Source: Octopus sinensis (lineage: Eukaryota). From it: 64,000 nucleotides of DNA. The notes beneath the pieces are model-generated. The model searched no databases, was not told where the DNA came from, and saw nothing but the letters and a program-made list of their open reading frames with translations. The position numbers and the translations under genes were made by a program. Positions 13,478 to 28,110 of this stretch are shown here, piece after piece (position 1 is the stretch's first letter; each line of letters begins with the position of its first letter). Location of the stretch: contig NC_043003.1 in NCBI RefSeq assembly GCF_006345805.1, positions 54,498,001 through 54,562,000 on the forward strand, in the 5' to 3' direction.

Positions 13478-13847
13478 GGGGGGAGAAAAGAAACGGTGGG
13501 ATTAGTGTGAATCTAACGGAGAAAAGAGAAACAGACAGGAAGAAGTAGAACTTTTGAACCATTCTGTAAGAGATGCTGTAAATGAGAAGGGTAGGCTGAA
13601 AAACTATAATGTCCACCAAACCAAGAAAATGCCTGCAACCAAGCATTGGGCGCCATCGTTTACAATGAAAGGCAATAAACATATAAATAAATAAATAAAT
13701 TTGTTTCCAAATTGAATTCAACTCTCAGACCGAATTGTAAGTTATATCATCGGTAAAATAATGCATCTAATATTAGCAGGCAACTCAGTGGTGATATATT
13801 CTTGGTTATAGTTATACACGCACACTCTCTCTCTCTCACACATATGC

Positions 13848-13878
<31 letters not shown>

Positions 13879-14123
13879 CACAACAACACACACACACACA
13901 CACACACTATATATATATATATATATATAAATATATGCACACGCATATATTCATATATACATACATAGATATGTATACACATATTGCTATAATACATATA
14001 CACATATATATAGGCATATATATTTTTGTGTGTGTGTTTATATTTATGTATGTAAGCACATAGGCATACGTATATTTTTCTACTATTTCCTTTCTTTTGT
14101 TTTCGCCATTTGTTCAAGTTTCC

Positions 14124-14207
<84 letters not shown>

Positions 14208-15150
14208 TTCTATTAATGTGTGTAAAGTGTATTGTTGCTATGTTTGTGCGTACATCAATGCATTTGTGTCATACAGTATGTAAGTATGGATGTATGCACA
14301 CGTAGTTAGGCAGATAACCGACTTGGTGAATGTCTTCATGTTTCTTCGTATATAAATTAACGTGGAAACGTACCTCATTTAAGAGAGTGTATACGAAAGC
14401 ATACTCATATATAAACCCATACAAACACAAAGCTATATTCGTAGCATGTATGTATTTGCGTAGGTATTATGCATATGTAATATGGGTGTCAGAAATTGTT
14501 TTATTGTTTACTGAGATTTCTAATGTAAATGTTTTCATTACACGTATACACGTCGCAGTCTAAGAAAAAATTGTAGAATTACGTTTTGAACCCAATTTTG
14601 TTCTTTTTCCTTTTATTGGATATAGGCAAAAATATACAACAGCCATATTCAGAAGCGGGACAAGTGAGACTAAACTGTGTTTTCATTTAAGATCAACTCT
14701 GACACCTATGTGCTCTACAAATACTTCTTGGCTGTCATATATAACTAGACTTATGATAAAAACATGTCACTCTCGACCAAATAAATAAATAAATAAAAAC
14801 AATAAATATCTCAATACCCTCAGTAACGGAAAGAAAATATCTAACAAAATTTTACCTTGTCTAGAATAAAATAACAATTCAGAAGTTTGAATACGTTCAT
14901 GATCCCTTCATTTCATCTTTCTACAAGGTTCTCGACACATTATCAGCAGACTGGAATCTAAGGAGTGTTTGGAGACAGGGTGTTGATGCTTACTCTAGGA
15001 GTCATAGTGGGATTTCGAAAATCACAGAAAGCGTCTTGGACAATTACTGATATAGTACAGCTACCCCACCAAGAAGTAATCGAACTACTGGGAATGACTC
15101 TGCATATAATACCCGAGCGCCTTAAAAATTGATTGGAAGGTCTAGCCCCG

Positions 15151-15188
<38 letters not shown>

Positions 15189-15206
15189 ATATATATATAT
15201 ATATAT

Positions 15207-15420
15207 ATTATATATAGTTAATCCAACATGAAAACACAAAAAGAAAACACAACAACGCGAGGACGTGGAACAAATATAGAATTATTGGACGCTCAGGAAG
15301 GAAGGGAAGAAGGAGGGTTTTACGTTTCGAGCGGAGCTCTTCGTCAGAAACATAGGAAAATGAAAGATCCAGAGCAGGGAGGAGGAAAAAAAATTGCCAA
15401 GGGTACACACGAGGTCACAT
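15207..15420 (-). mobile_element. Penelope-like pLTR / solo terminal fragment between (TA)n tracts
   Basis: Contains a minimal hammerhead; second copy at 1-86. Confidence 0.75.
15317..15351 (-). ncRNA. Minimal type I hammerhead ribozyme, core intact
   Basis: Minus strand GTTT-CTGACGA-A-GAGC(TCC)GCTC-GAAAC-GTA-AAAC: stem I GTTT/AAAC, stem II 4 bp, palindromic ACGT stem III, GUA triplet. Confidence 0.85.
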
Positions 15421-15474
15421 TTTGAATGTATATATATATATATATATATAAATATATATACTCTCTTAATCTTT

Positions 15475-15870
15475 TACTCTTTTACTTGTTTCAGTCATTT
15501 GACTGCGGCCATGCCGGAGCACCGCCTTTAGTCGAGCAAATCGACCCCAGGACTTATTCTTTGTAAGCCTAGTACTTATTTTCTCGGTCTCTTTTGCCGA
15601 ACCGCTAAGCTACGGGGACGTAAACACACCAGCATCAGTTGTCAAGTGATGTTGGGGGGACAAACACAGACACACAAGCACACACACATATATATATACA
15701 TATACACGAAGGGCTTCTTTCAATTTCCGTTTACAAAATCCACTCACAAGGCTTTGGTTAACCCAAGGCTATAGTAGAAGACACTTGCCCAAGATGCCAC
15801 GCAGTGGGACTGAACACGGAACAATGTTCTTGATAAACAAGCTACTTACCACACAGCCACTCCCGCGCTT
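15475..15870 (-). mobile_element. SINE family A, full length
   Basis: Aligns end to end with 2859-3257. Confidence 0.9.
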
Positions 15871-16301
15871 CTATTTACTTTCTATTTTTTTTACCACACA
15901 TTTTTCGATTTTAATGAAGATTTAATTGCTATTTCTAACCAGTAAAACTACCATCAAGAAACTTCTTTGTTGTCGCGAGGTATGTTTATATGTATCTAAG
16001 GTATCTCTGAAGATGTATATGTGTATGTAACTGTATGTCTAAAAAGTATATGGGCATGCGTGCGAGCGTCTATGTGTAAGAATGTATGTGTGAGTTTGTA
16101 TTGCTTTCTACAAGTGTTAATGAGAGATATGTCAGTTCATCACTTGTCACTCTCGCCCCTCTCCTCTAATCCATCTTTTAATCAGTTGTCTGAAAAATAA
16201 GCTTCCTTTATAAGGACATCAAAATCATCTGCATTTACTTTCTTAGATTCTTTCAGATATCCTTTCCAACCTTTTTAACTTGCTTGCATTCATTCAGCTT
16301 T

Positions 16302-16304
<3 letters not shown>

Positions 16305-16364
<60 letters not shown>

Positions 16365-16516
16365 AGTTTTCTTTCTTTCTTTCTTTCTTTCTGTTATTCT
16401 ATTTTCATGTCCCAATCATCAGTTAGTCAGACAAAAAGATACACGTGTAGAGGTGATTTAGTTAAATCTCTGCAATACCGATTAGTAACCGAAAACAACA
16501 ACAACAACAACAATAA

Positions 16517-16548
<32 letters not shown>

Positions 16549-16575
16549 GCAACAACAACAATAATAATGATGTCT
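16305..16575. repeat. (TTTC)n and (AAC)n microsatellites
   Basis: Direct reading, 16310-16390 and 16495-16570. Confidence 0.95.
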
Positions 16576-16697
16576 GTAACAGCAAGAGCAACTACAAAAG
16601 CAATACCGTTACCACCGTTACCACCATTACCAGTACTAACACCAACAAGCCACAACTACAGCACTAAGACCAACTCTGCCGCAGCAACAACAACAGT

Positions 16698-16885
16698 TGA
16701 GACGCAATGGCCCAGTGGTTAGGACAGTAGACTCGCGGTTCTAAGAACGCGGTTTCGATTCCCAGACCGGGCATTGTGAGTGTTTATTGAGCAAAAATAC
16801 CTAAGCTTCACGAGGCTCCGGTGTAGGTGGTGGTGAACCCTGCTCTACTCTTTCATCACAACTTTCTCTCACTCTTCCTTCCTAC
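16698..16885 (+). mobile_element. SINE family C, 3'-truncated
   Basis: Head and body match 7355 and 22925 copies. Confidence 0.8.
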
Positions 16886-17139
16886 TTCTGCCACAAAGCA
16901 GAGGAATCATGATGTAACCCATTATGGTGTGGTAAACTTTCAGGATGGTTCAGCTCTCCACCCGTTAAAAGCCACCATTTACGGAATGAGGATATCAACG
17001 TAGCTTTCGCGCCAGTGCAACCGCCGGACTATCGCGTATGGTGGGTGGATCTTCAAGTTGCCACACGCATTCTTAGTAGCTTAGGGTAGGCTCGACTAGA
17101 GATTATTTCTGTGATTAAAGTCGTGAGTCCCTGATTGGA

Positions 17140-18327
17140 AGAAGAGAAGAAGAAGAAGACAGAAGAAGAAGAGAAGAAGAAGAAGAAGAAGAAAGACGAA
17201 GAAGAAGAAGAAGAAGAAGAAGCAACAACAACACAACTACAAATAACTCTATAACTAACATCATCTTCAACTACCAAAGACAATAACAACGTTACTAACT
17301 CTACCGTCACAACAATAACCACAACAACGACCGTCACTACAACACAAATGTACCACCACAACTTCTGCGACTACGACTACCGCTACCACCAAGACAATCA
17401 CATCACATCACAACATCACAACAGCAATATTCTACCACTTTCAACACGGCCCAAACAATCAACTGAGGCTGCCATACTAACAACTACTATCTTTGACTAT
17501 CAGGCATCGTACCGTACAATTTCAAGGGTTTGGCATTTACCTTCAATAAAACCGGCGCCATTAGTATCACCCTCACCCACCACCATCACAGCTATACCCA
17601 AATATCTCACCCACCACTACTATCATCTCCACTAATATCACTACCACTACCACTCACCACTACCACTACTACCACTAACACCACTATCTCCACCATCACC
17701 GCGATGCCTATCACCACCACACGCGATGCCTATCACCACCACCACTATAACCAACACTACCACCACCACCACAACTACAATTACCACCCACCCCCACCCC
17801 CACCACGACTACAATTATCACCACCTATACTACCACCATGACTGCCTCTACTACGACATTCATTATGATCACCTCTACTACCACCACCACCTCCACCACC
17901 ACCGCCACCACTATCATCACTTCCACCGTCAGAACGACTACCACCACCTCCACTCCACCTCCCTCATATTGATTGACTACTAATACCATCACCAGAAACA
18001 CCACCACCAACATCATCACCACCGGTACCATCATCAATAGAGCCATCACCTTCAAAAACACCTAATTGTACAACTTATCAGTCTACAAGCATCATCACAA
18101 CCAGAACAACAGCCAAATTGAAACGTTCAAATTCTCCATCGACATAAGCTTCATCGCCGCCACTTCCACTCTGCGTCACCTCCACCACTTACCATCAACG
18201 ACGAGGAAAACTAATTGCCTCACGACTAGCTTTTTTTTTTCTTTTTCGTAATAACATTTTTACAATGTTCTGTTTATGTTGTTGCCGATGTCGTTGGAAT
18301 TTTAATTTATTTTTATTAATTTCCCTC

Positions 18328-18359
<32 letters not shown>

Positions 18360-18381
18360 TGTCGTCGTCGTCATCATCATC

Positions 18382-18425
<44 letters not shown>

Positions 18426-18620
18426 TTCCTCCTCTTCATCATCATTATCAGCATTATCCTTATCACCATTACAACCACAACCATCACTAATACCATCACT
18501 ATCATCATCCCCATCATGATCGTCATATCATAATCATAATCATCATCATAATCATCATGATCGTCATCGTCATTATCATCATCATCATCATCGTCGTCGT
18601 CGACGTCGTTGACGTAGTTG
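17140..18620. repeat. Trinucleotide low-complexity field (GAA, ACC, CAT, CGT)
   Basis: Direct reading; poly-T/H/I/S ORFs are artefacts of it. Confidence 0.9.
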
Positions 18621-18910
18621 ACGTAGTTTTGAATTCCACAGTCGTCGTCATCACTCTCTGTTATCAGGACGATTCATCAAATCTTAACACAAACAAACGA
18701 CAGACTTTCTATCTATTGTTTCGCCCTGCAAGTGCTAGCACTCAAATCCACATCAGATTACACCACAATCAACTCAGAAAAGGATACAATAATTCCTCAA
18801 CAACCGCGGGCGTTACGTTCCAAAACCCTTCGCAATAGGTGAAAATCAACAAAGTAGAAACAGTACTGTATATTTTTTTTAATGATTTTTCTAATTTGTA
18901 TATATTTATT

Positions 18911-19225
18911 TTATTACCCCCGCCTTAGCGAAGGCAGATGTATTGTTTTCAGTCATGTTTGTTTGTTCGTGGACAATGTCTCAAGAAGCACTGGATGGAT
19001 TCGAATGAAACTTCCAGGGAGTTTGGCTTCGTGACTGGCATGAACTGATTAGAATTTGGAAGCGAACAAAGTACCTGACAAGGATTTTGGATTGTTTTTC
19101 CGTTTTTTTTTTTCACTTTATTAATGAGAGCGGTCGGGTTCTTTTTAGTATTCTCGTTATAAATGCAAAGCAACACTACGGTGGAATCGATTTTTAAAAT
19201 GAGGAGAGGTCTCCCATACAATCAA
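18911..19225 (+). mobile_element. Helentron-associated (HINE/DINE-like) element
   Basis: TTATTACCCCCGCC start, hairpin cgcctt-agcg-aaggc, GTTT tract, ggatggattcgaatgaaactt motif; right end uncertain. Confidence 0.6.
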
Positions 19226-19746
19226 TCCCAGTCTTTGATCAACGATGACAGATACCTCCAAAAGAACTAGTTAAAATCATTGGTTACCATCAAGTCGCAG
19301 GCTTCATATCAGGGTTTTTCATTTAGAGAGATGTTCAAGACGCGGGGTCACTCACTCGCAGTAATTTGGTACACGATGTCTATATCATCATTCTCATGGT
19401 TCTCTGCTAACCGGACATGTACCTGCTCGTTGGTGAAAACGAGCGAATCCTCTGCACAGCCACAATGTTTCCCGCACCAACGTCATCAGTTTGTCGATGA
19501 TTGCTGCAAGAACACCCGTTGTCATTTGAAATAGCAGGACCAAGCTCGTGTACTTTACTGTTGACTTTAACATGACCATCCGTCCTTCACAGGTTTTGTT
19601 TTCATTCTGCAAACTTCTAATCACCTTCCTCACTAAGCAAGCTTAACGGAGTTGCCAGTTTAGGCGCTGACGACCCGACCATGCTGTAGGTTGTACAGTA
19701 ATTACATGTTATCAGTAGCGCCCACAAGCAACCTGATATGAATATA

Positions 19747-20967
19747 TTGGGTCATCCCATAAATAATGCGTTTTTTTTTCAATTGCATGAACTAAAAGTT
19801 GGAGGAGGAAAGGGATAAACTACCTAAATCAACTTGCTATAAAGCAGGCAGTAATTTTATCTTATACTTATTCTTAGTGTAAGTTTTGAAGCGTACAGTT
19901 CGAATTTATAAATGGTTATCTTTTTCAAATCTTTAATGGAACTGACAAAAGAGCACATTCGACATATTTTGCTTTATGAGTTCAATAAAGGCAACAACGC
20001 AACGGAAAGTGCGAGGGATATTCATGTAGTATCTGGGGATCGGGCAATAAGCGTAAGCCAGTGTCAACGGTGGTTCCGGATATTCCAAGTCGGACACTAC
20101 AGCTTAGAAGACGAACATCGTCCTGCAAGATCTGTAGAGCTTGATGAGAGCTTGATGAGGACGTCCTGAAAACCCTGGTGGAACAAAATCCCATCATAAC
20201 TGTTGAGTTGAGGAACTAGCAGAGAAGCTTGAATTTTGTCATTCAACCATTCATCGATACCTACCTGCCATCGGAAGACAGCAAATTAGGTCAATGGGTT
20301 CCTCACAAACTTTCTGGGTCTAATTGCGCGCAGAGAGTGAATGTGTACCCGTCTTTGCTGTCACGTCTCAAGAATCACCCTTTTTTTCGATCGAATAGTG
20401 ACTGGTGACGAGAAATAGGTTTTTTATAAAAATGCCAAGCACTGAAGACATTGGGTAGGGAAAGAAGCCCCGATACCCCAAGCTAAAGAAGGTATTCACC
20501 CACGTAAAGTATTGTTATCTGTTTGGCGGGATATGAATAGTTTAGTCCATTTTTGAACTTTTAAATCCAAACCAAACAAAAACAAAAGAGATCTACTGCG
20601 AGCAGTTTCAGCCGCTCAAGTCAACGCTAAAAGAAAAACGACCAATCTTGGCTTCAAGACGAAAGGTATTCTTTCATCAGAATAAAACTTGGTCATGTAC
20701 AGCGAGAATGATATTCGCCGGACTGACCCCCATCTGATTGCCATTTGTTCCGCAGTCTTCCAAATCATTTGAATGGAAACCTCATGAATTCTATAGACGA
20801 GGTCAGAACTGTACTGGAGAAGTATTCTTCGTCATCGACAAGTGAATTTTTGAAGTGAGACCTTGCAGAAAATAAAGGAGAGTAAATTTTACATTAAGAA
20901 TGAATTTTGTGTATCTACATTTTGATAAAGGAAGTATAAAAAAACACGTTCTTTATGGATGACCCAT
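19747..20967 (+). mobile_element. Mariner DNA transposon, decayed transposase
   Basis: TIRs TTGGGTCATCCCATAAA / TTTATGGATGACCCAT with TA on both sides; ATG at 19936, HIRHILLYEFNKG HTH, IVTGDEK*, PSDCHLFRSL; stops and frameshifts. Confidence 0.93.
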
Positions 20968-20985
20968 TATATATATATGTGTATG

Positions 20986-21040
<55 letters not shown>

Positions 21041-21104
21041 ATATATATATATATATATGTATATGTATTTATGTATGTGTATGAATGTATGTATGTATGT
21101 ATAT

Positions 21105-21390
21105 GTCCCAGTGGTTAGGGTAGCGGACTCGCGGTTTGGATTCTTAGACCGGGCGTTGTGAGTGTTCATTGAGCGAAAATATCTAAAGCTCCACGAGGCT
21201 CCGGCAGGGGATGGTGGCGATCCCTTCTGTACTCTTTCGCCACATATTTTTCTCACTCTTTCTTCTGTTGGCCTGCTCGCTTACCCAGCGGGGTAGCATC
21301 ATGTGAAGACGAGTACAACGCGAAGCGCATTGTGACAAACCATGTGTAGCAACATCTGATAGCCTGGTTGGTCACGGTCATGGCGATATA
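21105..21390 (+). mobile_element. SINE family C, tail type 2
   Basis: Family C head/body followed by ttggcctgctcgcttacccagc...ggtcacggtca. Confidence 0.8.
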
Positions 21391-22684
21391 TATACATATA
21401 TATAATACGTGTGTGTGTGCATGTGTGTGGTTACTAGGGTGTCCAGAAAAATATCTAAATCCTAGTGAGATCAGACCATACCGTCGAATTGTATTTTTAA
21501 ATATATTTAATATGAAAATAAGAGATTTGAAAGACATAACTTGAGTGCTCTTCAACATTGTTGAAATTGATCGTGGCTAACGTTAGGCTAAATAACATAA
21601 TACAGGTCATGTACTGACCCCAAATACGACGAAATATTTCAATATGTTACTTACTATATCTGTGGGTTGCAGCCATTCAATCTTTTTTCCAGTTTTCTAT
21701 AAGTCAAGGAGGTTCTCTGTACGTCTACGCGGTCACTCACCCAGAAGGAAATAGCAGGATATTTCCCTCAAATCAAACCCTAAGGTTTCAACTAAAGACG
21801 TCTGCAGTGGAGGATTCCATCTTGATTACACACAAAGTACGGTTTGTCCACGCGGTGGAAATTATTTCATCATAAGTCAGTTCAGCCACTGTTGACTCGG
21901 GGTTAAACGGCAACAACAACGATAATAACACCCGGCTATTAGTCTACCACAGATATGTATGAAAACAGGGATGTCTAAAAGCAACTGTGACATGAACAAC
22001 ATCAGCATCAACATTTAATTCAGATGCTGCAATATCTCTTCGGTTATTCAACTTCTATATTTTTTTATCGATTTCTTTTGTTTTTCTATCGATTTTCTTT
22101 ATGTTTATAAGGAGGAGTTTGCAGAATCGGTAAAACGTCAAACGAAAACTACGTTGTTGTAGTGGTTATCTCCCTTTACGATTTGGTTACTTTGTAGAAT
22201 TCGATTTTGCCTTTCCTTCGGAGATCAATAAAATAAGTACAGAGCAATGTACTTGGGTTAAGATAATTGATTAAAACACTTGCAATCAGCATCCCACATT
22301 AGACGCCGTCTGAAATGATTGAAAAAAAAAAATAAAATGCTGAAAGAACTTTTGAAAGTTTTTCTCGTTTTGTCATTCATTCTAAGAGTTACACATATTT
22401 TCCAATTTCTTATTGAGAAAGATCACGAAGGAAAGAAAAACGAAATTACATAATGCACATTAATCTTCCAATGATTCCCGCATATAACTATCTATGTGCC
22501 TACAATACCTTTCTTCATATAACAGGCTATCTAGATCTAGTAGTTAGCTGGAAACTTAGAAGTCAATGCCAAACTCTTCTTTGTGAAAAAGACTGCTTAC
22601 TCCTCTAAAAATTACTGTATATTAATGTTAAATCATGTTACGTATGTGTATATCTGTGCGTGTGTATGTGTGTATGTGCGCATG

Positions 22685-22719
<35 letters not shown>

Positions 22720-22924
22720 TACCGAATAGTAAAGTTTATATGCCAGCAGAAATGTGGCAGTCCTATAAAGGACGCTGTTACTGTTGTTTTAATCATCCTT
22801 TATAGGACTGCCATATTCTGCTTACATATAAACTTTAATTTTCGTTACTGCTACTGTATATCTCTCGCTCAGAGATTTAAAACAAATAGTTTTTTATATA
22901 TACATATTTTTTATATATACATAT

Positions 22925-23293
22925 GGCACTCCGTCTGTTCCGACGACAAGGGTTCCAGTTGATCCGATCAACGGAACAGCCTGCTCGTGAAATTAAAGTG
23001 AAAGAGTCTGAGCACGTCACAGACACGTGTACCATTAATGTAATGTTTCAGCTTCACACGAAGTGTGACAAGGCTGGCCCTTTGAAATACAGATGCCACA
23101 GAAACAGGAAGAAAGGTATAGAAAAATGTGTGGTGAAAGAGTATAGCAGAGTTCGCCACCACCCCTGCCGGAGCCTCGTGTAGCTTTAGGAGTTTTCGCT
23201 CAATAAACACTCATAACGCCCGGTCTGAGAATCGAAACCGCGATCCTACGACCACGAGTCCGCTGTCCTAATCACTGGGCCACTGCGTCTCCT
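22925..23293 (-). mobile_element. SINE family C, tail type 1
   Basis: Reverse complement aligns with 7355-7700. Confidence 0.88.
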
Positions 23294-23632
23294 GGACTCT
23301 CCCGACGAGACGGCGTATTAACGTTCAGATTTTGTCGAACGACCTTCACAACTAATTTGTTTATAATGATCAAATATTTGTGTCGCACATTAACTCACTC
23401 TCGCCATCATATCGACGCTGTCTGAGCAGGCGCACTGTGTACCACGTGTCAGTTGTTGAAGTGATTACAAAGCAATGCGAGATGAAGTGATATGTTCAAG
23501 TACGCAACGCAACATCCGGTATAAGATTTGAAATCACGATCACCGGATCATGAGTGTAACATCCTAACCATTAGACCATGTGTCCTCACTCACGCATACA
23601 CACACACTAACACACAGACACACACTATCACG

Positions 23633-23703
<71 letters not shown>

Positions 23704-23719
23704 TTATACAGAGAGAGAA

Positions 23720-23751
<32 letters not shown>

Positions 23752-24007
23752 TTAGACATTGTGACAATCAACACAGAACACGATGAGAGCCAATGATTTT
23801 AAGGGAGGATACGCGCTAAGCATATAGGGACATGGAAAACTCCTGGTTGTACTTCATATGGATATTTCGGGATTATGGAACCAACTTTCTCAAAACGTCA
23901 TGAAGCATCTTTCGGAGGGCCAATCCTTATTTACCTAGAATTCGTGATTGCCAACTCCATCTCCGCAAGAACCCGCACACGCTCTCCTAGGGCGCAAAAT
24001 TCATCTA

Positions 24008-24396
24008 TACTCTTTTACTTGTTTCAGTCACTTGATTGCGGCCATGCTGCAGCACCACATTTAGTCGAACAAATCAACTCCAGGACTTATTCTTTGTAAG
24101 CCTTGTACTTATTCTACCGGTGTCTTTTGCCGAACTGCTAATGTTACGAAAACGTAAACACACCACCATCGGTTGTCAAGCGATGTTGGGGGCCAAACAC
24201 AGACACACAGACACACACACACACACACACACGATGGGCTTCTTTCAGTTTTCGTCTACCAAATCCACTCACAAGGCATTGGTCGGCCCGAGGCTATAGT
24301 AGAAGACACTTGCCCAAGGTGCCACGCAGTGGGGCTGAACCCGGAACCATGTGGTTGGAAAGTCAGCTTACTTACCACACAGCCACTCCTACGCTT
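24008..24396 (-). mobile_element. SINE family A, full length
   Basis: Aligns with 15475-15870. Confidence 0.9.
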
Positions 24397-24401
24397 ATAA
24401 A

Positions 24402-24946
24402 AAATATTTTTAATTGCTTCTCTGTATTTAAGTCTCTATTTGTCTGTTAAGTCCACGAGGTTGTTTACCATAGCGACACCACTTACTTTATTTTTATTTC
24501 TTTCAGGAAAAATATTCACTATTTTATTGTTACTACCAGAAATAGTCCCTGTCAATGTACTTTAAGATTTGGCCACTGATAACCATGGTCTAACTGGCCC
24601 CCACAGAACTGTCAGTATTCAGTCTCTGCTGTCCTTAGGGATGAAAACCTACTGACGCGTCGGTCATTAGTAAACAATAAATATTATCACTAAAATACTT
24701 TAAATTCCACCAAATAAATGTAAACACGCTAACATTTTGTCTCTCCTATCGCGAGCAATACTCAATGTAAAAAACTGGTGTCGCTAAATATATCAGCCAC
24801 AATATTTACCCACAAAATTCCGTCTGCTGCACCACGTAGAAAGAAGTAAAAATATAGTAAGTAGTGTAGCTATGATAAACAACCTCGTGGACTTAACTGA
24901 CAAAAGGGGGTCTTAAATACAGAGAAGCAATTAAAAAATATATTTT
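24402..24946. mobile_element. Non-autonomous DNA transposon (MITE) with about 80-bp TIRs
   Basis: ttaattgcttctctgtatttaag...ttaagtccacgaggttgtttaccatagc at left is the reverse complement of 24866-24946; exact termini and TSD unresolved. Confidence 0.8.
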
Positions 24947-25149
24947 TTTACCTTCTTTTTTAAAATTTTATTCACTGTATCTCAGAATATTTGATGATAG
25001 GTGCAGGTGCCTAACGCTCACGAAACATTATGTAATGTAGAACTGAGTCAAACTGTTATTAAATATATGTAATCAAACTGAAATGGTTGAGTGCTACTTA
25101 TTTTCGCTTGGACCATTACGCGTCAGTGTGTGTATTGTATATATGTGTA

Positions 25150-25380
25150 TGTATGTGTGTGTGTGCGCGTGTGGCAGCGAGCTAGCCGGACTGACAGTAC
25201 GCCTGACATAAGGCTTTACAACGTTTTGCCGGTCTTTGCATCCCGAGTTCAAAATAACGCCCAGCTCGATTTTGACTTTCATTCTTTCGGGGTCAATAAA
25301 ATAAGTTTCAGTTGAATACCTGGGTTCGATGTGATCGATTTACCCTCTCTCTCGAACCTTGTACCAAAATTTGAAATCCA
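25150..25380 (+). mobile_element. SINE family B, degenerate, followed by (GT)n to 25470
   Basis: Match to family B head and body. Confidence 0.7.
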
Positions 25381-25382
25381 TA

Positions 25383-25472
<90 letters not shown>

Positions 25473-27709
25473 CTGGCGTGACGGTATTAACGCTTGTTTT
25501 ATGTACAGCTATAAATAAAAAGAGTTATATGTGCGTACGATTGAAATACGAGTCAATATCTTTTGTAGAGCACTGTATGCATTAATTTGTACAAGGAAAA
25601 CATTCACTGCACCTTCGATGTTTCAGTTTTATTAACCATCTGCTGACGGTTCGTGAGTCGATACTTCAAAGTCACTCCCACTTCTCACCTTCTCCTTATA
25701 AATATATATACACACATCAAGCTTAGTTTCGCAACGTGTACAGCAGCCATTGTTACTCGACTCCCAGGCTCAATATGTTACAAAAAAGTATGTGTGAAGT
25801 CGTTTGATCAGATATTAATTGGGAAAATAATTAATTATTATAGGAGCAGCAATACGGAATAAACAGCACCAGCCGGAACAGTAACAATAACTTTGGCCGT
25901 ATCGTTATTTTTGCTTCTCGCCAATATTAATATATGATTAACATTATCATCTCAGTTATTACTAATATAACTACAGACTGTAAATCTAATGGCAACGACA
26001 ATAATTGCAATAAATATAATGCTAACAGCATGTGCGCATCCGAAACTGTAAGGTAAAAAGCTTCCTATGTAACACAACGTTTTGGGTTCAATCCTAATGT
26101 GCAGTATCTTGAGCAAGTAACATATTCAAATTTGAGTGTTTACCAAAACATTTTGCGTTAATTTGAGACATGGAAGCAAGGCACGTGGTTGATACACACA
26201 CACACCACACACACACACACACGACACTCGCACACGCACACACACATACTGTACATACACACACGTGTATATATATGTGTGTATGTGTTAGTCAGAAAGG
26301 AACGTAGTGCTCATGGCCCCTCAGAGGCCCATCAGTACTAGTGGTTGAAGAACGAATGGAAAAAGTTATCGGCAGACCTACAGCCTGATCTAAATACTTG
26401 GAACACAGTGGTTTCCTCTGAAGGCATACACGCTGCAAACTGATGGTGCTAAACTGATAGCATACATCAAAGGTGCGAAGCTCGTTTGGCTTTGCAGACT
26501 GCATCTTAGCATAGACTAGATCCCACGATACGGATTGGTGTATAAACCTAAATATTGTAAACCCGAATAAAGTATAAACTTGATCGCGCAAATGGAATAG
26601 AGAAAGTTAGTTCTAAAAATTAACATTCAAGGCTAAAGTAACAGGATTTAGGGGTCAATATACCTTATTAACAATTTTATTACCAATAAAGTTAGGAACG
26701 AGTTTGAGGTATTAGAAATATTTCTGAACAGAAATGTGTAAAAAAGAATAATCCCATGGCATAGATACAATTCTATTAATTGTTCTTAGAGGGAGAAATG
26801 AGACGTACATTGTCCACATGATGAACACAGTTCTACTGATTAATCGAAAATATCCTTCGTTTCTCTAGAATCCTTCCGACTCACAACTGCTTACATTTGA
26901 AAAGAGAGAAATAAATCATATCTTTTATTATGTGAATCTCTAAGTTTATTTCTAATTGGTTGAACTAACAAACGGTGCATTTATTTCACTAACGAGAATA
27001 TATACTGATATATACTGAATAGAATATATCTTAGGCTTTAAAATCATAAACGCTTGATTAACCTTGCCGGTTTACACAAACTCGGATACATCTAAACTGG
27101 TCCGTATAATTTTTAATAATTACATGCGCCAGTATAATGCCCTCACATCCTTTCGGAAATAATTTCAAATGTTTTATATATACCATTTTAAAAGAATACG
27201 ATTATAACATCAAATTCAAAAGTTGACAAAAACTGTTTGACTAGAACCTCCTCGTGAGTGGAAAAACGTAATATAGATGTGATAAGTTGTTCTTTTGTGT
27301 CTGGGGAGAGTGATTTTCTTTTTGTGCCTTATAATTTAACTCACACACCGGTAAAAATTTCCACTTATTCCTTATTTTTATTTTTCTATATTTTTGTTGC
27401 GTCTTGCAACATTTTCAATTGTCAAGAGTCAAGACTATTGAAAAGGTTGCAAGACAACGAAAATTTTAGGAAAATAAAAATAAGGAATAAGTGGAAATTT
27501 TACAGGTAAGTGTGTTAAATTATAAGGCACAAAAAGAAAATAACTCTCCCTAGACACAACAGAATATGCTTCAACACACGAACTCACATGAAGAATATTG
27601 CAAACCAAATCCAAAAATGAGATGTGATAAGTGTATAAGCTTCTGAAAAAGGCAATCGGGTTAAAATCATCAACTTTCTGTTATACACTACCAATGACAG
27701 CATACATAT

Positions 27710-28110
27710 TTTCTACTATAGGCACAAGGCCTGAAATTTGGTGTGTATGTGTGTGGGGGTGTTAAGTTGATTACATCGACCCCCGTACTCAACTAGTACT
27801 TAATTTATCGACTCCGAAAAGATGAAAGGCAATATCGACCTCGGCGGAATTTGAACTCAGAACGTAAAGATAGACGAAATATCTCTTTCTTTACTGCCCA
27901 CAAGGAGCTACACACAGAGGGGAGAAACAAGGACAGAAAAACGGATTAAGTCGATTATATTGACCCCAGTGCGTCACTGGTACTTATTTAATAGACCCCG
28001 AAAGGATGAATGTCGACCTCGGCGGAATTTGAATTCACAACGGAACGGTAGACGAAATACCACTAAGCATTTCGCCCGGCGTGCTAACGATTCTCCCAGC
28101 TTGTCACCCT
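27710..28110 (-). mobile_element. SINE family B, head plus two body units
   Basis: Same layout as 6620-7168 with one unit fewer. Confidence 0.85.

Noticed and set aside
16890-17135. Possible LINE end or APE start (MRVAT*) next to (GAA)n
   Set aside because: Similarity is too short to assign a family or strand.
19463-19492. Minus-strand CTGATGA...GAAAC resembling a hammerhead
   Set aside because: Stem II is only 2 bp, position 17 would be G, and there is no stem I.
19250-19720. Possible Tc1-like transposase remnant on the minus strand (FFWRYL)
   Set aside because: Only one short motif; catalytic motifs cannot be aligned.
26290-26600. Complex sequence ending in AATAAA, possible last exon or LINE tail
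   Set aside because: Stops in all plus frames and no recognisable motif.
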